Origin: a virus | Taxonomy: Duplodnaviria; Caudoviricetes | Length of the DNA: 64,000 nt | Strand: one strand, 5' to 3' | IMG/VR virus record: IMGVR_UViG_3300037400_004242 | Shown here: positions 42,324 to 53,259 of the stretch, piece after piece | Layout: every line of letters starts with the position of its first letter | Position numbering within the stretch: position 1 is the stretch's first letter | Program-made: the position numbers and the translations under genes | Notes under the pieces: generated by a model | The model's database searches: none | What the model saw: only the letters and a program-made list of their open reading frames with translations | Told to the model about the DNA's origin: nothing

Positions 42324-42977
42324 ATGTCAGAAATAGATGCAGGTGATAAAAATGCCGCAGGAGCTAGCGGCATATTAATTGGTGCAGAAACAGTAGTAAA
42401 AGCACAAGAAGCCGCCGCAAAATTAAAAGATAAAGCTAATGGTACAGCGTCAGCGGCGGCAGTAAAACAAGGCTTACTTGGAAAAATGAAAAGCAAACTG
42501 CAATCAGCTTTAGGAAAACAAGCGGGTACTGTTTTAGGAAAGAAATTGAATGGAATGGTTGGAAAAGCCGTAAATAAAGCTGTTAATAAGGCGGTTAATA
42601 AAACAGTTAATAAAATGGTATCAAAAGCTGTTTCTAAAGTCGGTGGCGGTTTAGTTGGTGGCATGATAGGCTCTGCGCTTTCAAATAATAAAGTTGTATC
42701 AAATTATATGAATCATTTAACAAGTAGTATTTCAGGAAGTATTACAAATAGTTTGACAGGTGGTGGAGGTGCAATTACAAAAGCACTCCAAAGAAATTTT
42801 GATGCTGATGGTGGACGGCAAGCACAAGCAGAATATCAACAAAAAAGAATCCAAAATGCACAAGCAAAAGCTAATGCGAAATTAGAAAAACAAGCAAAAG
42901 CAGAAGCAAGAAAAGCAAATAATAGTAAGGCAAATCTTCAGCAACTTATGAAAGTTACAACAATGACAAATCGGTAA
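42324..42977 (+). CDS. Ala/Lys/Gly-rich hypothetical virion protein
   Basis: KAVN tandem repeat and GGGLVGGMIGSAL; GGTGA RBS. Confidence 0.55.
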   Translation: MSEIDAGDKNAAGASGILIGAETVVKAQEAAAKLKDKANGTASAAAVKQGLLGKMKSKLQSALGKQAGTVLGKKLNGMVGKAVNKAVNKAVNKTVNKMVSKAVSKVGGGLVGGMIGSALSNNKVVSNYMNHLTSSISGSITNSLTGGGGAITKALQRNFDADGGRQAQAEYQQKRIQNAQAKANAKLEKQAKAEARKANNSKANLQQLMKVTTMTNR

Positions 42978-42980
42978 ATG

Positions 42981-43028
42981 ATAAAGATATACAATAAAAA
43001 CATTGTATATCTTTATTTTTTTTGTAGA
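42981..43028 (+). terminator. Terminator fused to TTATTT-N6-TAGA motif
   Basis: ataaagatatacaat / attgtatatctttat, then TTATTTTTTTTGTAGA (43013-43028). Confidence 0.75.
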
Positions 43029-43054
43029 AAACATATAGAAAAGGAGGATGAATA

Positions 43055-43996
43055 ATGGCAATTAGTGAACAAGATATTGCGAACGCCATGAACGCTAACG
43101 TATCAGAACAAGAGCCTGATATATTAGAAGGAATTAATAGAACAATTCCACCACAGCCATCAACACTTTTAGTTGATAAAGCAAAGAATCAGTTAGATAA
43201 ATATTATGACATCCAAATACGTGTTGCTCAAATTGAAAATCCACAAGAGGATATTATTTCAGTTGTTGATAGAAATCCATTAGATATAAGTCATACAATT
43301 AATGATAATACAGGTCAAGTATGTTTACGTTTTAATGATTTGGGATTGGGATTTATGAATCCTGATGGTGCAGGAGAAAAATTAAATTCCATGTATGACT
43401 ATGACCCAAAAATGCAAAATGAATATGCTGTTACAAATGTGGATAGTAGACCGAATGTAGGATTAACTTATCCTTTTATTTTTGTTGGTACGCAAAGTTG
43501 GTGTGGTTTTAATTATTTACCTCCTGTTGGAAGTAAAGTATTAGTTGGATTCGGTAAAAATCACAAACCTTTTATCCTAGGGTTTTTAGCAGAACAATAT
43601 AAATTAATGCGACCGATTTTACACCCAGGAGAAATTATGATAAAAGGATATGGAAATAATTATATTCATTGGCGATGGAGTAACAAATTGGATATAGTTG
43701 CAGGTGGTTCTGAAGGAGAAATCGACCGTGATGATGCCGCAGGAGGAAAAACTATTGCATGTAGTAATTCTTGTATGATACAATTGGATGCTGACAATGG
43801 ACAAATTTCGTTGCTCGTAAATGGTACTGGATTGGTAGTAAGTGGCGATGGTGTTCATATGCGTCATAAAACAAGTTCTATTGATATAACTGATGAGGGT
43901 GTATCTACATTAACAACAGGTTCCATTAGTATGGATGGTGCGGCTATGGATAAACATATCGCGAAAGAGAGTTCCAACCCTGGTTCTAAAAAGTAA
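43055..43996 (+). CDS. Baseplate central spike (gpV/gp5-like)
   Basis: YLPPVGSKVLVGF..PFILGF OB-fold signature, L.PGE, C-terminal beta-strand repeats. Confidence 0.7.
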   Translation: MAISEQDIANAMNANVSEQEPDILEGINRTIPPQPSTLLVDKAKNQLDKYYDIQIRVAQIENPQEDIISVVDRNPLDISHTINDNTGQVCLRFNDLGLGFMNPDGAGEKLNSMYDYDPKMQNEYAVTNVDSRPNVGLTYPFIFVGTQSWCGFNYLPPVGSKVLVGFGKNHKPFILGFLAEQYKLMRPILHPGEIMIKGYGNNYIHWRWSNKLDIVAGGSEGEIDRDDAAGGKTIACSNSCMIQLDADNGQISLLVNGTGLVVSGDGVHMRHKTSSIDITDEGVSTLTTGSISMDGAAMDKHIAKESSNPGSKK

Positions 43997-44008
43997 GGTG
44001 ATAAGAGT

Positions 44009-44494
44009 ATGTCAGTTGATGCAGAATTATTTACGTTATGTGACCATTATACAGGAGGAAAACAGTATGCTCCTGAAAAATGTCCAAAATGTGGAGGAAA
44101 AGGATATTATTATGATATTTCTTATGATTTAAATGGTCATGCAAAATTAGTAACAGGAACAATAAAATTACAGCAAGAAATGTTAAAAATTATTAATGAT
44201 GTAAAAGGTAATAACATATTTTTTAAACGTTGGGGTTCAGAACTTCATGATTTAATTGGTAAGAAAAAAACGAGATTGACAAACTCGAAATTACAGATTA
44301 TGATTCGTACTTCTTTGGAATATTTAAAATATTTGCAATTAGCAGAAAATAAAGATTATGCAAATATGACACCTGATGAAATTCTTTTAGGTGTAGAAAA
44401 TATAAAAGTAAAAGATTATGTAGTTGGTTATGATGTTAATGTTACGATTAAAAATCAATCAAGTGAAATCTTAGACCAAACGATTCTATTATAA
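44009..44494 (+). CDS. gp25/gpW-like baseplate protein with N-terminal zinc finger
   Basis: KLQQEMLKII...GNNIFFKRWGSELHDLIG; CDH...CPKCGGKG. Confidence 0.75.
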   Translation: MSVDAELFTLCDHYTGGKQYAPEKCPKCGGKGYYYDISYDLNGHAKLVTGTIKLQQEMLKIINDVKGNNIFFKRWGSELHDLIGKKKTRLTNSKLQIMIRTSLEYLKYLQLAENKDYANMTPDEILLGVENIKVKDYVVGYDVNVTIKNQSSEILDQTILL

Positions 44495-44511
44495 AAGTTG
44501 GTGAATTTTTC

Positions 44512-46488
44512 GTGATAAAACAAAGAACGTATGATGAAATTGTACAATCAATACGTAATAATATTTATGAACGTGACCCTAGAGTAGATTCAAAAGCAGG
44601 GACTTTTGTATCTGATGTTTTGGTTCAGCCACAAGCAGATGAACTTGCGGCGGCTTACATAGATATGAAAATAATGGAAATTAATCAATCCATTTTAACT
44701 GCAACTGGATATGATTTAGACCGTTTAGGAATGAACTATTTTACGTATCGTCATGCAGGAACGAAAGCATCAGGACGTGTACGATTCTTTATTAAGAATT
44801 CAAATAAATATGGTGTTACAAAAGATGCATTTCCTGAAGAAGTTTCTATTCCTGAAGGTTTAGAAGTCGCAACAGCGGCAACGGCAACATCAGACCAATT
44901 AGTATTTAAAACATTATCATCTGCTTATATGACACAGCAACAAATGTGGGATATGGCAAATACAGATGAATCTACAGGATATCGTTATATAGAATTGCCG
45001 ATTGAATGTGAAGCTGTTGGTAGCGCAGGAAATGTAGAAGCAGGAGAAGTTTCTGCTTTTTATAGTGATACAGTTGAAGGAATTGTTGCTGTTTATAATT
45101 CTTTAGCATTAACAGGTGGTTCAGATAATGAAGATGATAATTCGTTAAGAATGAGAATTATGTTATCTGTATTAGGTGCTTCCATTTGTACGAAAAATGG
45201 TTATTTAAAGTGGGTAATTCAAAAAGATAATGTTAATGATGCATTTGTTGTTGGTGCAGGAGATTATTTAATGTACCGTGATGGCGGATATATTAATGCC
45301 GCAGGTTCGTATACATATGGATTGGGTGGCATGGTTGATATATGGGTACGTGGTGAATTACCAATTACTTATACGAACCAATTCACTGTAACAACTTCTT
45401 ATAAAACAGGTATTGGTCAAGAAGGAGACTATGAAGGTGTCCCTTGCCATGATTTAGTATTAGATTTTCAACCTGTTTTACAAATTGTTTCTATTAAATC
45501 TGCAAATACAGGATATGCATTTGAAAATGCAGAAAATTTTGAAATAGAATATGGATATTCAGGTACATCAACTCTAGAAAAAACATATTATAAAGATGTA
45601 TTATGGGATTTTTCGGTTACAGAAAAATTTACAGATACAGAATATTATCCAATGGATGTTGTAGATGATACAGAAGTAGAAGTTTTAAGAAAACAAGTTA
45701 ATGCAGAACTTTTACGTTTAATGGATGAAATGACAAATGTAAGTTTCAATTTAAATTGGAAAACAATGTATTATGAGGATATTTCTTCTTATGATGTCAC
45801 ACCAATGTTTCGTAAAGTATCTTATAATGGAAATTGTTATAAATTGATTGCATTGGATAAACGTTTAAATGGGCGTATGTTTGTAAAGAAAAATAATCGT
45901 ATATATCTTCGTGTTTATCAAAATCCTGATTTTGTTTTGATTAATATGCCTTATTCAGATGAACAGAAGACAATTTCTCAAAAGGGAAATGATATTGGTG
46001 GTTCTGTATATTCAAAGGATGTTATTCATTTTACAGATACAGGGAAAGAAAAAATACAAGATGGAGATATGCTTCAAATTACATATACTACTAATGCTTT
46101 GATTTCTACTTTGCAAAATGAAATGAATGCTATGAGAATTTTGACGGCAGATATTTTAATACGTCAAGCAAAGAAAGTAGATATTCAGATTATTGTTAAT
46201 TTGAATATTGAAAGTACATATGATTCAACAACAATTAAGAATACGATTGCAACAGCGTTAAGTACATATATTAATAGTATGAAACGTTTAGGTGGTCGTA
46301 TTGAAGATTCAGAAATTGTTACGATTATTCGTAGTCTTTCTGGTGTAGACCATGTTGACATTGAAAATGTAACTTTATGTAAAGTAGGTGGAGCAGATGT
46401 CAACGAAATTATATTGGATGATAATGAATATTTTAATTTATACACATTATCATTAAATGTAACAAGTGGTAGTACTGTCGAATCTTAA
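44512..46488 (+). CDS. Baseplate J-like wedge protein
   Basis: ATGYDLDRLG, ASGRVRF, GSAGNVEAG, GGSDNEDDNSLRMRI, GMVDIWV, LSGVDHV. Confidence 0.9.
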   Translation: MIKQRTYDEIVQSIRNNIYERDPRVDSKAGTFVSDVLVQPQADELAAAYIDMKIMEINQSILTATGYDLDRLGMNYFTYRHAGTKASGRVRFFIKNSNKYGVTKDAFPEEVSIPEGLEVATAATATSDQLVFKTLSSAYMTQQQMWDMANTDESTGYRYIELPIECEAVGSAGNVEAGEVSAFYSDTVEGIVAVYNSLALTGGSDNEDDNSLRMRIMLSVLGASICTKNGYLKWVIQKDNVNDAFVVGAGDYLMYRDGGYINAAGSYTYGLGGMVDIWVRGELPITYTNQFTVTTSYKTGIGQEGDYEGVPCHDLVLDFQPVLQIVSIKSANTGYAFENAENFEIEYGYSGTSTLEKTYYKDVLWDFSVTEKFTDTEYYPMDVVDDTEVEVLRKQVNAELLRLMDEMTNVSFNLNWKTMYYEDISSYDVTPMFRKVSYNGNCYKLIALDKRLNGRMFVKKNNRIYLRVYQNPDFVLINMPYSDEQKTISQKGNDIGGSVYSKDVIHFTDTGKEKIQDGDMLQITYTTNALISTLQNEMNAMRILTADILIRQAKKVDIQIIVNLNIESTYDSTTIKNTIATALSTYINSMKRLGGRIEDSEIVTIIRSLSGVDHVDIENVTLCKVGGADVNEIILDDNEYFNLYTLSLNVTSGSTVES

Positions 46489-46511
46489 TAAAAAGGAAGG
46501 GATGAAATAAA

Positions 46512-49500
46512 TTGAAAACAGGTATTCGTTTTACTTGTTTGGAAAATGGAGATAACCTGCTAGGACAAAACTGGACATATAAGACAAAGACAGGCGTAGA
46601 AGCAATTGTTGAAAAAGTTGCCGATATGTTTGAACATGTATCAAATTTAAATATTACATATGTCATAGACAAACTTGTCATTGGCAAAGATAAAACGAAT
46701 TCTCTTTACCTTCCAAATACAGGCATAAATGGTAATCTCTGGCCAATTACAGAACGTTTAGGTCAGTATAATTTAATGATTCAAAAGTATAATATTGACC
46801 TTGTTGTTGAAATTGAATATCCTACACGAATTACTTCTTTTAATTACATGGATTATGCCAAATATACAGTAGAATTAATTAGTAAATATTCTTTTATCAA
46901 AAATTGGCAGATAATGACAAATCCTGAAGAAGTGGATAAAATGAAAGAATATAAATGTCCACCAGACGTTTATGTTCAAATGATGAAATATATTTATCCG
47001 TTAATTCATGATAATTATTCAGATATTAAAATTGGTGGTCCTGGATGTTCTGATGCAATTAATGAATATGTAAAAACAGAATATAAAAATGAAGACAAAC
47101 AAGTCTTTCATCAAGGATGGCTTGCCGCCGCAACCGGTGAATATTATGGTACATCACCACAATATGATGCTACGGAAAAAGGTGGATTTTTACAATATAT
47201 TGATTTTTTTGCTTTTCAAGGTGATAACAGTACAGGCAAATTTACATATGAAACTTTTCCTGCTGTTATTGTAAAATTAAAGCAAGGATTGAATAAGCAA
47301 GCTCAAAGAGCAGGTTTTAATTTAAATGTTGAATATTGGTCTACAAAACAAGGTCATATGGCAAATTACGATAATGTTTCTGATTTGCAATTGCAAGCAT
47401 ATCGTGATTTGAAGGAATATATGGTTGATTTTGCGATGGGAATTATCCCATTCAAAAAGCAATTAGTAGATGAATTTTATGACCCAAATAGTGGAATAGA
47501 TTTAAACGCATATGGCATTTTATATTACTATTTAGGATTGGATAGAAAACCTTCTTTTCAACAATTTAAATTTATTTTAAAAATGTTGGAAGATTATGAT
47601 GATATTTGTAGGGATGAATTGTTAATTAAAGCAAAACGTCCTTATGATATTACAACCGCAGATGTACAAAGTGTCATGTTTATGGCAAAAGACAAAAGTA
47701 AAGTTTTAACGATTGTATATCCTGCGATTGAACGAATTATTTCAGAAGGTGCAAAAAATGTAGCAACTGTTACATTAAAACCTGCTTTAAATCGAACAAT
47801 TCATGTACCTGATGGTTCGCAATATACTATTACAACTCCAACAAACGTTAATTTTAAATCCTATGATTTTATTGCAGTTGAAGAAAGTTTAATTGTCAGC
47901 ACAAAAAATAAAGAAGAGCTTCGTGCGGATGTAACTAATAAATTAAATTTTTATAATACGTATATTCAGAATCTATTAAAAATGGTTCCTGATGATTACA
48001 ACAAAGAAGTTTACGATACAAATTTTTATAATTTACTTCGTGCGGCAGGTATTGAGTTCGGTGATTTGCGTTATGATATGAGTATCTTAAAAGATAATTA
48101 TTTTTTAAGAACGGCTCATGGCGATGCTATCTTTAATAACTTTGGTGCTATTATTGGTGTAAAATGGAAACCAAAGTGGTCTGAAAAACAATATAGAAAT
48201 GCTGTTTCAGGAATTATAGAAGCATTATTTCATGGTGCAAATAAAAATTCAATTGCAAAAGCAATTAAATTATATACAGGATATTCTGTAAAAATATATG
48301 AGTTATTTAAAGATTATGGACATTATGGTATACCACAAAATGAAAATTGGGAAAATCAATATCGTTTTACAGTAGAAGTAGAAAAAGATATTGATGAATC
48401 TTTGGATGTAAAAGAAGCATATGACGAAACAAAAGAAGTCTTGGATTTAACTCGTCCTGCTCATACATTACCAATTATTATGATTGTTCTCGTTGGTAGA
48501 GAAAATTATAGAGAGTGGTATAAACAAAGATATGGAATAGATTTTTCAAAATCAGATAAATTTGACCCTGAATATATGATTTTGAAAGAATCCAATAAAT
48601 ATGGATGGAAATCTATTAATTATGATTGGGTTTTGCATCATGCAGAAACAGATAATCATATTAAAACAAATTCCATATATCCGATAGGACCAAGATATAC
48701 TTTATATGATAGGGTAAAATATAATTATAAACAGCTATTTCGTACACATATAAGAAAACCGATAGATACTCCGTGGGCAGAACTTATTTCTTGGTATAAA
48801 GATAAGTATGAACGTCCAATCTATGAAGATTTAGTCATGGAAAATTATATGGAGTTCTATGAAGTTAAATATGGAATTAAACCTACATTAGAAGAAAAAA
48901 TTTTAAAAACAAATGGTGGCTTACTATATGATAAAGATGGGAACGTTATTGGTTCAGAACATCGAAAATTAAATACATTTCGTTATGGTGTAAAGTATGC
49001 ATTAAAAGATGAATTTTTCTTAGGAAGAGAATATTATGCAGAAGATAAATTTCACAAAGTTTTAGATTCTTTGGTGAATACTTTTGTAAGGATGATATTT
49101 GAAGATACTTATGATTTACCAATAGATGATGAAATTACAGGTTGGGATACAGGTGCTGTATTTACAGAATTAAAATATGGATATGCGCCAAGTTATGCAT
49201 GTTCTTTTATTACATATAAACCTGATACACCAGGATTTAATCGTGTAACGAATCGTACTCGTTGGGGTGTATATTATCGTTTAAAAGATAATCGTTATTA
49301 TTTTGATATAAGTACACCTTTTAAAGATTCATTTAAAACACCAACTCCTGCACCAGCTTCGTCAACAACAATGACAAAACCTTTTACAGAATCTGTAGGA
49401 GTTGTTGCAGGTTCTTCTGCTTCTGTTGGCTCTTCTACGGTTCCGACTTTGACAGAAACAATAACTTCTGTAAGTGAATCAAGTACTTCTGCAAGTGCAT

Positions 49501-49685
49501 CATCAACAAAACCGCTTATAGAAACTATGCCAACACCAAGTGGAACAATGGGAGTTTCAACACCAATACCAATTCCGTTTAAAGAAAGTAAAATTAGTAC
49601 TATTAAAGATAGCGGTGCTCGTATTGAAATGTATAAAGTAGATGCAGTAGGAACAATTACAATGATTCGTTCGGAAGGAGTATAA
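46512..49685 (+). CDS. Baseplate I-like wedge protein fused to N-terminal glycoside-hydrolase-like TIM barrel and C-terminal repeats
   Basis: TAHGDAIFNNFG..YRNAV..HGANKNSI..LTRPAHT (gpI-like); WQIMTNPE, IKIGGPG, IDFFAFQ, YWSTKQG (clan GH-A-like). Confidence 0.65.
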   Translation: MKTGIRFTCLENGDNLLGQNWTYKTKTGVEAIVEKVADMFEHVSNLNITYVIDKLVIGKDKTNSLYLPNTGINGNLWPITERLGQYNLMIQKYNIDLVVEIEYPTRITSFNYMDYAKYTVELISKYSFIKNWQIMTNPEEVDKMKEYKCPPDVYVQMMKYIYPLIHDNYSDIKIGGPGCSDAINEYVKTEYKNEDKQVFHQGWLAAATGEYYGTSPQYDATEKGGFLQYIDFFAFQGDNSTGKFTYETFPAVIVKLKQGLNKQAQRAGFNLNVEYWSTKQGHMANYDNVSDLQLQAYRDLKEYMVDFAMGIIPFKKQLVDEFYDPNSGIDLNAYGILYYYLGLDRKPSFQQFKFILKMLEDYDDICRDELLIKAKRPYDITTADVQSVMFMAKDKSKVLTIVYPAIERIISEGAKNVATVTLKPALNRTIHVPDGSQYTITTPTNVNFKSYDFIAVEESLIVSTKNKEELRADVTNKLNFYNTYIQNLLKMVPDDYNKEVYDTNFYNLLRAAGIEFGDLRYDMSILKDNYFLRTAHGDAIFNNFGAIIGVKWKPKWSEKQYRNAVSGIIEALFHGANKNSIAKAIKLYTGYSVKIYELFKDYGHYGIPQNENWENQYRFTVEVEKDIDESLDVKEAYDETKEVLDLTRPAHTLPIIMIVLVGRENYREWYKQRYGIDFSKSDKFDPEYMILKESNKYGWKSINYDWVLHHAETDNHIKTNSIYPIGPRYTLYDRVKYNYKQLFRTHIRKPIDTPWAELISWYKDKYERPIYEDLVMENYMEFYEVKYGIKPTLEEKILKTNGGLLYDKDGNVIGSEHRKLNTFRYGVKYALKDEFFLGREYYAEDKFHKVLDSLVNTFVRMIFEDTYDLPIDDEITGWDTGAVFTELKYGYAPSYACSFITYKPDTPGFNRVTNRTRWGVYYRLKDNRYYFDISTPFKDSFKTPTPAPASSTTMTKPFTESVGVVAGSSASVGSSTVPTLTETITSVSESSTSASASSTKPLIETMPTPSGTMGVSTPIPIPFKESKISTIKDSGARIEMYKVDAVGTITMIRSEGV

Positions 49686-49688
49686 AAT

Positions 49689-50351
49689 ATGTACGTGTTG
49701 TTTGAACAAGGTCAAGATACAGCATGTGGATATGATTCTAGAGTAAAACCTTTCATGACAGGAATTAAACTAGATGATATTTCCATGTTAACAAAAGATA
49801 TTGAAGAAGAATATTGGGTGGATGAAAATAAAGGAGGTTTGAAATGGTATGTTGATAAACATGGGATGCCGACAACAGACCCTAGAGACGCAAAACCATT
49901 ACAAAAGAAAATCTCTGTTCATGAAACAATAGATTTTGCTCATTATCCAAATAAATTTACAAAATTAGATATTATGAAATATAAGAAACAATTATTATTA
50001 GACGAATATAATTGTGATGATTGTTATATGTATGAATTTGGATTAAATAAATTTGTAAATAGAGATAAATCTAAAAATATTCAAATTCTAGAAGATGATA
50101 TACAATTATTTCAAAATGGAGTGTTAGTTACGACACCAATTAATATTCATGATTATAAACATTTTGAAGTTATTGTAGATGCAGAAGAAGATGTTCAAAT
50201 ATATTATGCTTATGATGGAGAACATTTTGCAAAATCTAAAAAGCATAATACAATTGTAGATGAAGGTATTGATAAAATTTATTTACAGATAAAAAATAAA
50301 TTCGATGGAAAAAATATGGTATATGCATATCATGTTTTATTGAAAGAATGA
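49689..50351 (+). CDS. Hypothetical baseplate-region protein
   Basis: GGAAGGAG RBS; operon packing. Confidence 0.55.
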   Translation: MYVLFEQGQDTACGYDSRVKPFMTGIKLDDISMLTKDIEEEYWVDENKGGLKWYVDKHGMPTTDPRDAKPLQKKISVHETIDFAHYPNKFTKLDIMKYKKQLLLDEYNCDDCYMYEFGLNKFVNRDKSKNIQILEDDIQLFQNGVLVTTPINIHDYKHFEVIVDAEEDVQIYYAYDGEHFAKSKKHNTIVDEGIDKIYLQIKNKFDGKNMVYAYHVLLKE

Positions 50352-50405
50352 TACATTCACAATATAATAAATTAAAATCATATCATAAAAGAGGGGAAGT
50401 ATAGT

Positions 50406-52457
50406 ATGGCAGGTGGATTCTCAGGAGGAATCGGTGGCGGTGGTAGTACATCAACATCAAGTCCTTTATACGCTTATAATCCTACTTTCTTACAACCAAT
50501 AAAAGGTTCTTTTAATAAAGATGCAAATTTTGTATCTTTAAATGTAGGCACAGATGCATACGTAACAGAACGCGAAGTCAATGAAATGCAGTGGATTCAG
50601 ATTGAACGCGCCGCAAATACTTTGCGTCATATTGCAAAATCTGGTATTGTTACAATTGACAAAACGAATAAATTTGCAGAATGTTTTCAAATTGTTAATA
50701 ACGATGAAACAAATTTGAATGGATTTGAATTACCTCCATTTGAATCTGTATGCGATGGTTATTTAGTTCACCATGAAGAATATCATGGTTCACCAACTAT
50801 TACACCACAGAATATTAAAGTAAGATTACCAAATCCTCCAATTGGTGGGTATCGTCATGATTTTGTATTCCTAGAGTATTGGTTTGCAGAATTAAAAAAG
50901 AATGACGATGTTCCAAAATGGGGTTATATTTATAATCAAAAAATTCCGTTTCATATCATAGATGAACGAATTATGGATGAAACATCACATCGTATTCAAT
51001 TGCGTTGGACGATTTCACATTATGAAGATTACGATGACTGGTGCGAAAATGGATTTATTAAACCTGATGGAACACCAAATCCTAAAATTCATCCTTTACC
51101 ACAAACAGGTTGGATAGCACCAGGTTATCATTATGTACAGACAGAACATGACCCATATTTGTTCCGTGCAGGTGTAGGTATGTCTAGTACAGTTCATACA
51201 GCCGATGGATATGTTTATGCAATTCCATTATTTAATATTTTTAGATTTAATAATAGTGGGTTTAATGCGGCTTATAATCCTTTCGGTGGTGTTGATTACG
51301 TAGATTCAACAACAGTTTGTGATAGACCTGATAATAAATTCTCAAATATTATTTATACTGACCAGATTACTGATTTGCGTCATTTATCAGCTTTGGGCGA
51401 AGAACAATATGATAAGATTTATGTTCGCCAGGAAGATTACTACAAATATTTAACCATTACTCGTAATAAGATTATGAATACGTCTTATGAGTATTGGTAT
51501 TTGAAAAATATTCTTAGAAATATAGATATTGATTTGCCATCCATTCATGATTTGGAAATTTATGGACATGAAATGATTCATCAATGGGGTTTAACAAATG
51601 GCGCAGGATTAGACCCATTAGATGAAGATAGAAAAATTGTTTATAAAAAACATAATAAATATTATGTTGGAAAACGATTAGAAAAGAAAAACTATTGTGT
51701 TGTTCCAACTTGTATTGATTACGATTTAGAAGATGCAGGAACCATTGGTGATGTTTATATTAATAAATATCCAACAAAATTCCGTTTGTATAATACAGGT
51801 GCAAAAAATCTTCGTATGAATCTAGAAGCGTTCTTCGTCGATGGAGAAGTCGTTATGAGTGGTGAAGGAGTATTCTCAGGAATGGATGGTACTCCGATTG
51901 ATATGCCATTTAAAATGGATGATGATAGATATTTTGTATCCATTACAGCATTAGACAATACAAATGGTAGAAATGGTGAAATTTTTGTAAAACTTGTAGA
52001 AAAACAAATCTTTGTATATAATACCGGATTAAAAACAAGTTCTGTAGGTACAGTTGTTTCTACAACAGGAAATAAATTTCAATGGGTTGTCATTGATATG
52101 CAAAGTCCTGAATGGAAAAATTCAAATTATGTCAATGTAAAATTGGACGGACATAATGGTGTACAAGTTTCTACAACAGAATTTGGTGAACATTATCGTT
52201 TGAATTTAGGAACACCAATTGTTCCAACTTCTGTTTTGATTGACCAAGGTTCTATTGGCGATATATATGCTGATATTGATGAAGATGACCTATTTACCGT
52301 ATATAATACAGGTAAAGCAGGAGCAACAGTACAATGCTTTATCTTTAATGATGTTGAATATGTAGATTATTACGATACTCAGCCAATTCCTGTTCCTGTG
52401 GATGTTCCAAATATTGTTCAGAAAGAATTTGAATATCCTATGAAACCTTATGAGTAA
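50406..52457 (+). CDS. Baseplate/fibre protein paralog 1 with three C-terminal YNTG repeats
   Basis: EVNEMQ, DFVFLEYWFAE, DETSHRIQLRW, VYAIPLF, RPD...DLR shared with 54706..58359. Confidence 0.6.
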   Translation: MAGGFSGGIGGGGSTSTSSPLYAYNPTFLQPIKGSFNKDANFVSLNVGTDAYVTEREVNEMQWIQIERAANTLRHIAKSGIVTIDKTNKFAECFQIVNNDETNLNGFELPPFESVCDGYLVHHEEYHGSPTITPQNIKVRLPNPPIGGYRHDFVFLEYWFAELKKNDDVPKWGYIYNQKIPFHIIDERIMDETSHRIQLRWTISHYEDYDDWCENGFIKPDGTPNPKIHPLPQTGWIAPGYHYVQTEHDPYLFRAGVGMSSTVHTADGYVYAIPLFNIFRFNNSGFNAAYNPFGGVDYVDSTTVCDRPDNKFSNIIYTDQITDLRHLSALGEEQYDKIYVRQEDYYKYLTITRNKIMNTSYEYWYLKNILRNIDIDLPSIHDLEIYGHEMIHQWGLTNGAGLDPLDEDRKIVYKKHNKYYVGKRLEKKNYCVVPTCIDYDLEDAGTIGDVYINKYPTKFRLYNTGAKNLRMNLEAFFVDGEVVMSGEGVFSGMDGTPIDMPFKMDDDRYFVSITALDNTNGRNGEIFVKLVEKQIFVYNTGLKTSSVGTVVSTTGNKFQWVVIDMQSPEWKNSNYVNVKLDGHNGVQVSTTEFGEHYRLNLGTPIVPTSVLIDQGSIGDIYADIDEDDLFTVYNTGKAGATVQCFIFNDVEYVDYYDTQPIPVPVDVPNIVQKEFEYPMKPYE

Positions 52458-52505
52458 TATCTTTAATCGTAAATAAAAATATATAAACAAGGAGATTAAA
52501 AAATT

Positions 52506-53159
52506 ATGAATTTATCAGAAATTATGGCAAAGAATACAATGAAAGGTCAAATCTCTATGATTGCTCATAAGGGAGGAGAACTTGTTAATGGTAAGATTGT
52601 TGGCGGTGAAGTATTAAAGACATTTACTGTACAGAACTTGATTGTAGATACAGCTTCTAAGTTGATGGCGGCTCGTATGGCTCCTGGTGCTATTACAGGT
52701 GGTACAAATCCTGCTTTCCAAGGAAACTTTGTAGACCGTGGTTTACAGTATCTTGCTTTAGGTGTTGGTTACTTGAAGAATCCTGCACTTCCTTATGATG
52801 AAACGACAAACAATGTTGATACAACAAAGTGGAATTTACAGAATCCTCCACAGGAGCAGTTAACAGAAACAAAACTTGTAGGTGAGTTTTATCGTAAGCG
52901 TTTTACGACTTGGTGCTTTGTTGATGCGGCAGGAAATGAAACAAGTTCTCTTACAAATGTACTGAAACTTTCTACTACATTCTATGAGAATGAAGCAAAT
53001 GGTCCTATTACCGAAATGGGTATTTATGGCGGTGATGCTCAAGATTGGGGCGCAGGTGTAGGTAAAGATAGCGGCACATTATTCAACTTAAAACGTATAA
53101 AAGTATGGAATAAGGAGAATTATAGTAGGCTTAGTATAGTATGGCAAATTACATTCTGA
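52506..53159 (+). CDS. Tail-collar/fibre-attachment-type structural protein
   Basis: NLIVD, LALGVG, EANGPITEMGIYGG, RLSIVWQITF; highly expressed codon bias. Confidence 0.6.
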   Translation: MNLSEIMAKNTMKGQISMIAHKGGELVNGKIVGGEVLKTFTVQNLIVDTASKLMAARMAPGAITGGTNPAFQGNFVDRGLQYLALGVGYLKNPALPYDETTNNVDTTKWNLQNPPQEQLTETKLVGEFYRKRFTTWCFVDAAGNETSSLTNVLKLSTTFYENEANGPITEMGIYGGDAQDWGAGVGKDSGTLFNLKRIKVWNKENYSRLSIVWQITF

Positions 53160-53259
53160 TGTTTCACATTCTGATGTTTCACATTCTGATGCGTCTGCAT
53201 TTTGATGTTTCACATTTTGATGTTTACACATTTTGATGTTTACACATTTTGATGTTTAA
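53151..53259 (+). repeat. Seven tandem 15-16 bp repeats with core ACATT(C/T)TGATGTTT
   Basis: Units start at 53151, 53166, 53181, 53197, 53212, 53228, 53244; the first overlaps the upstream stop codon. Confidence 0.9.

Noticed and set aside
53151-53259. Possible CRISPR mini-array
   Set aside because: Repeats are 15-16 bp and head-to-tail with no unique spacers; no cas genes in the window
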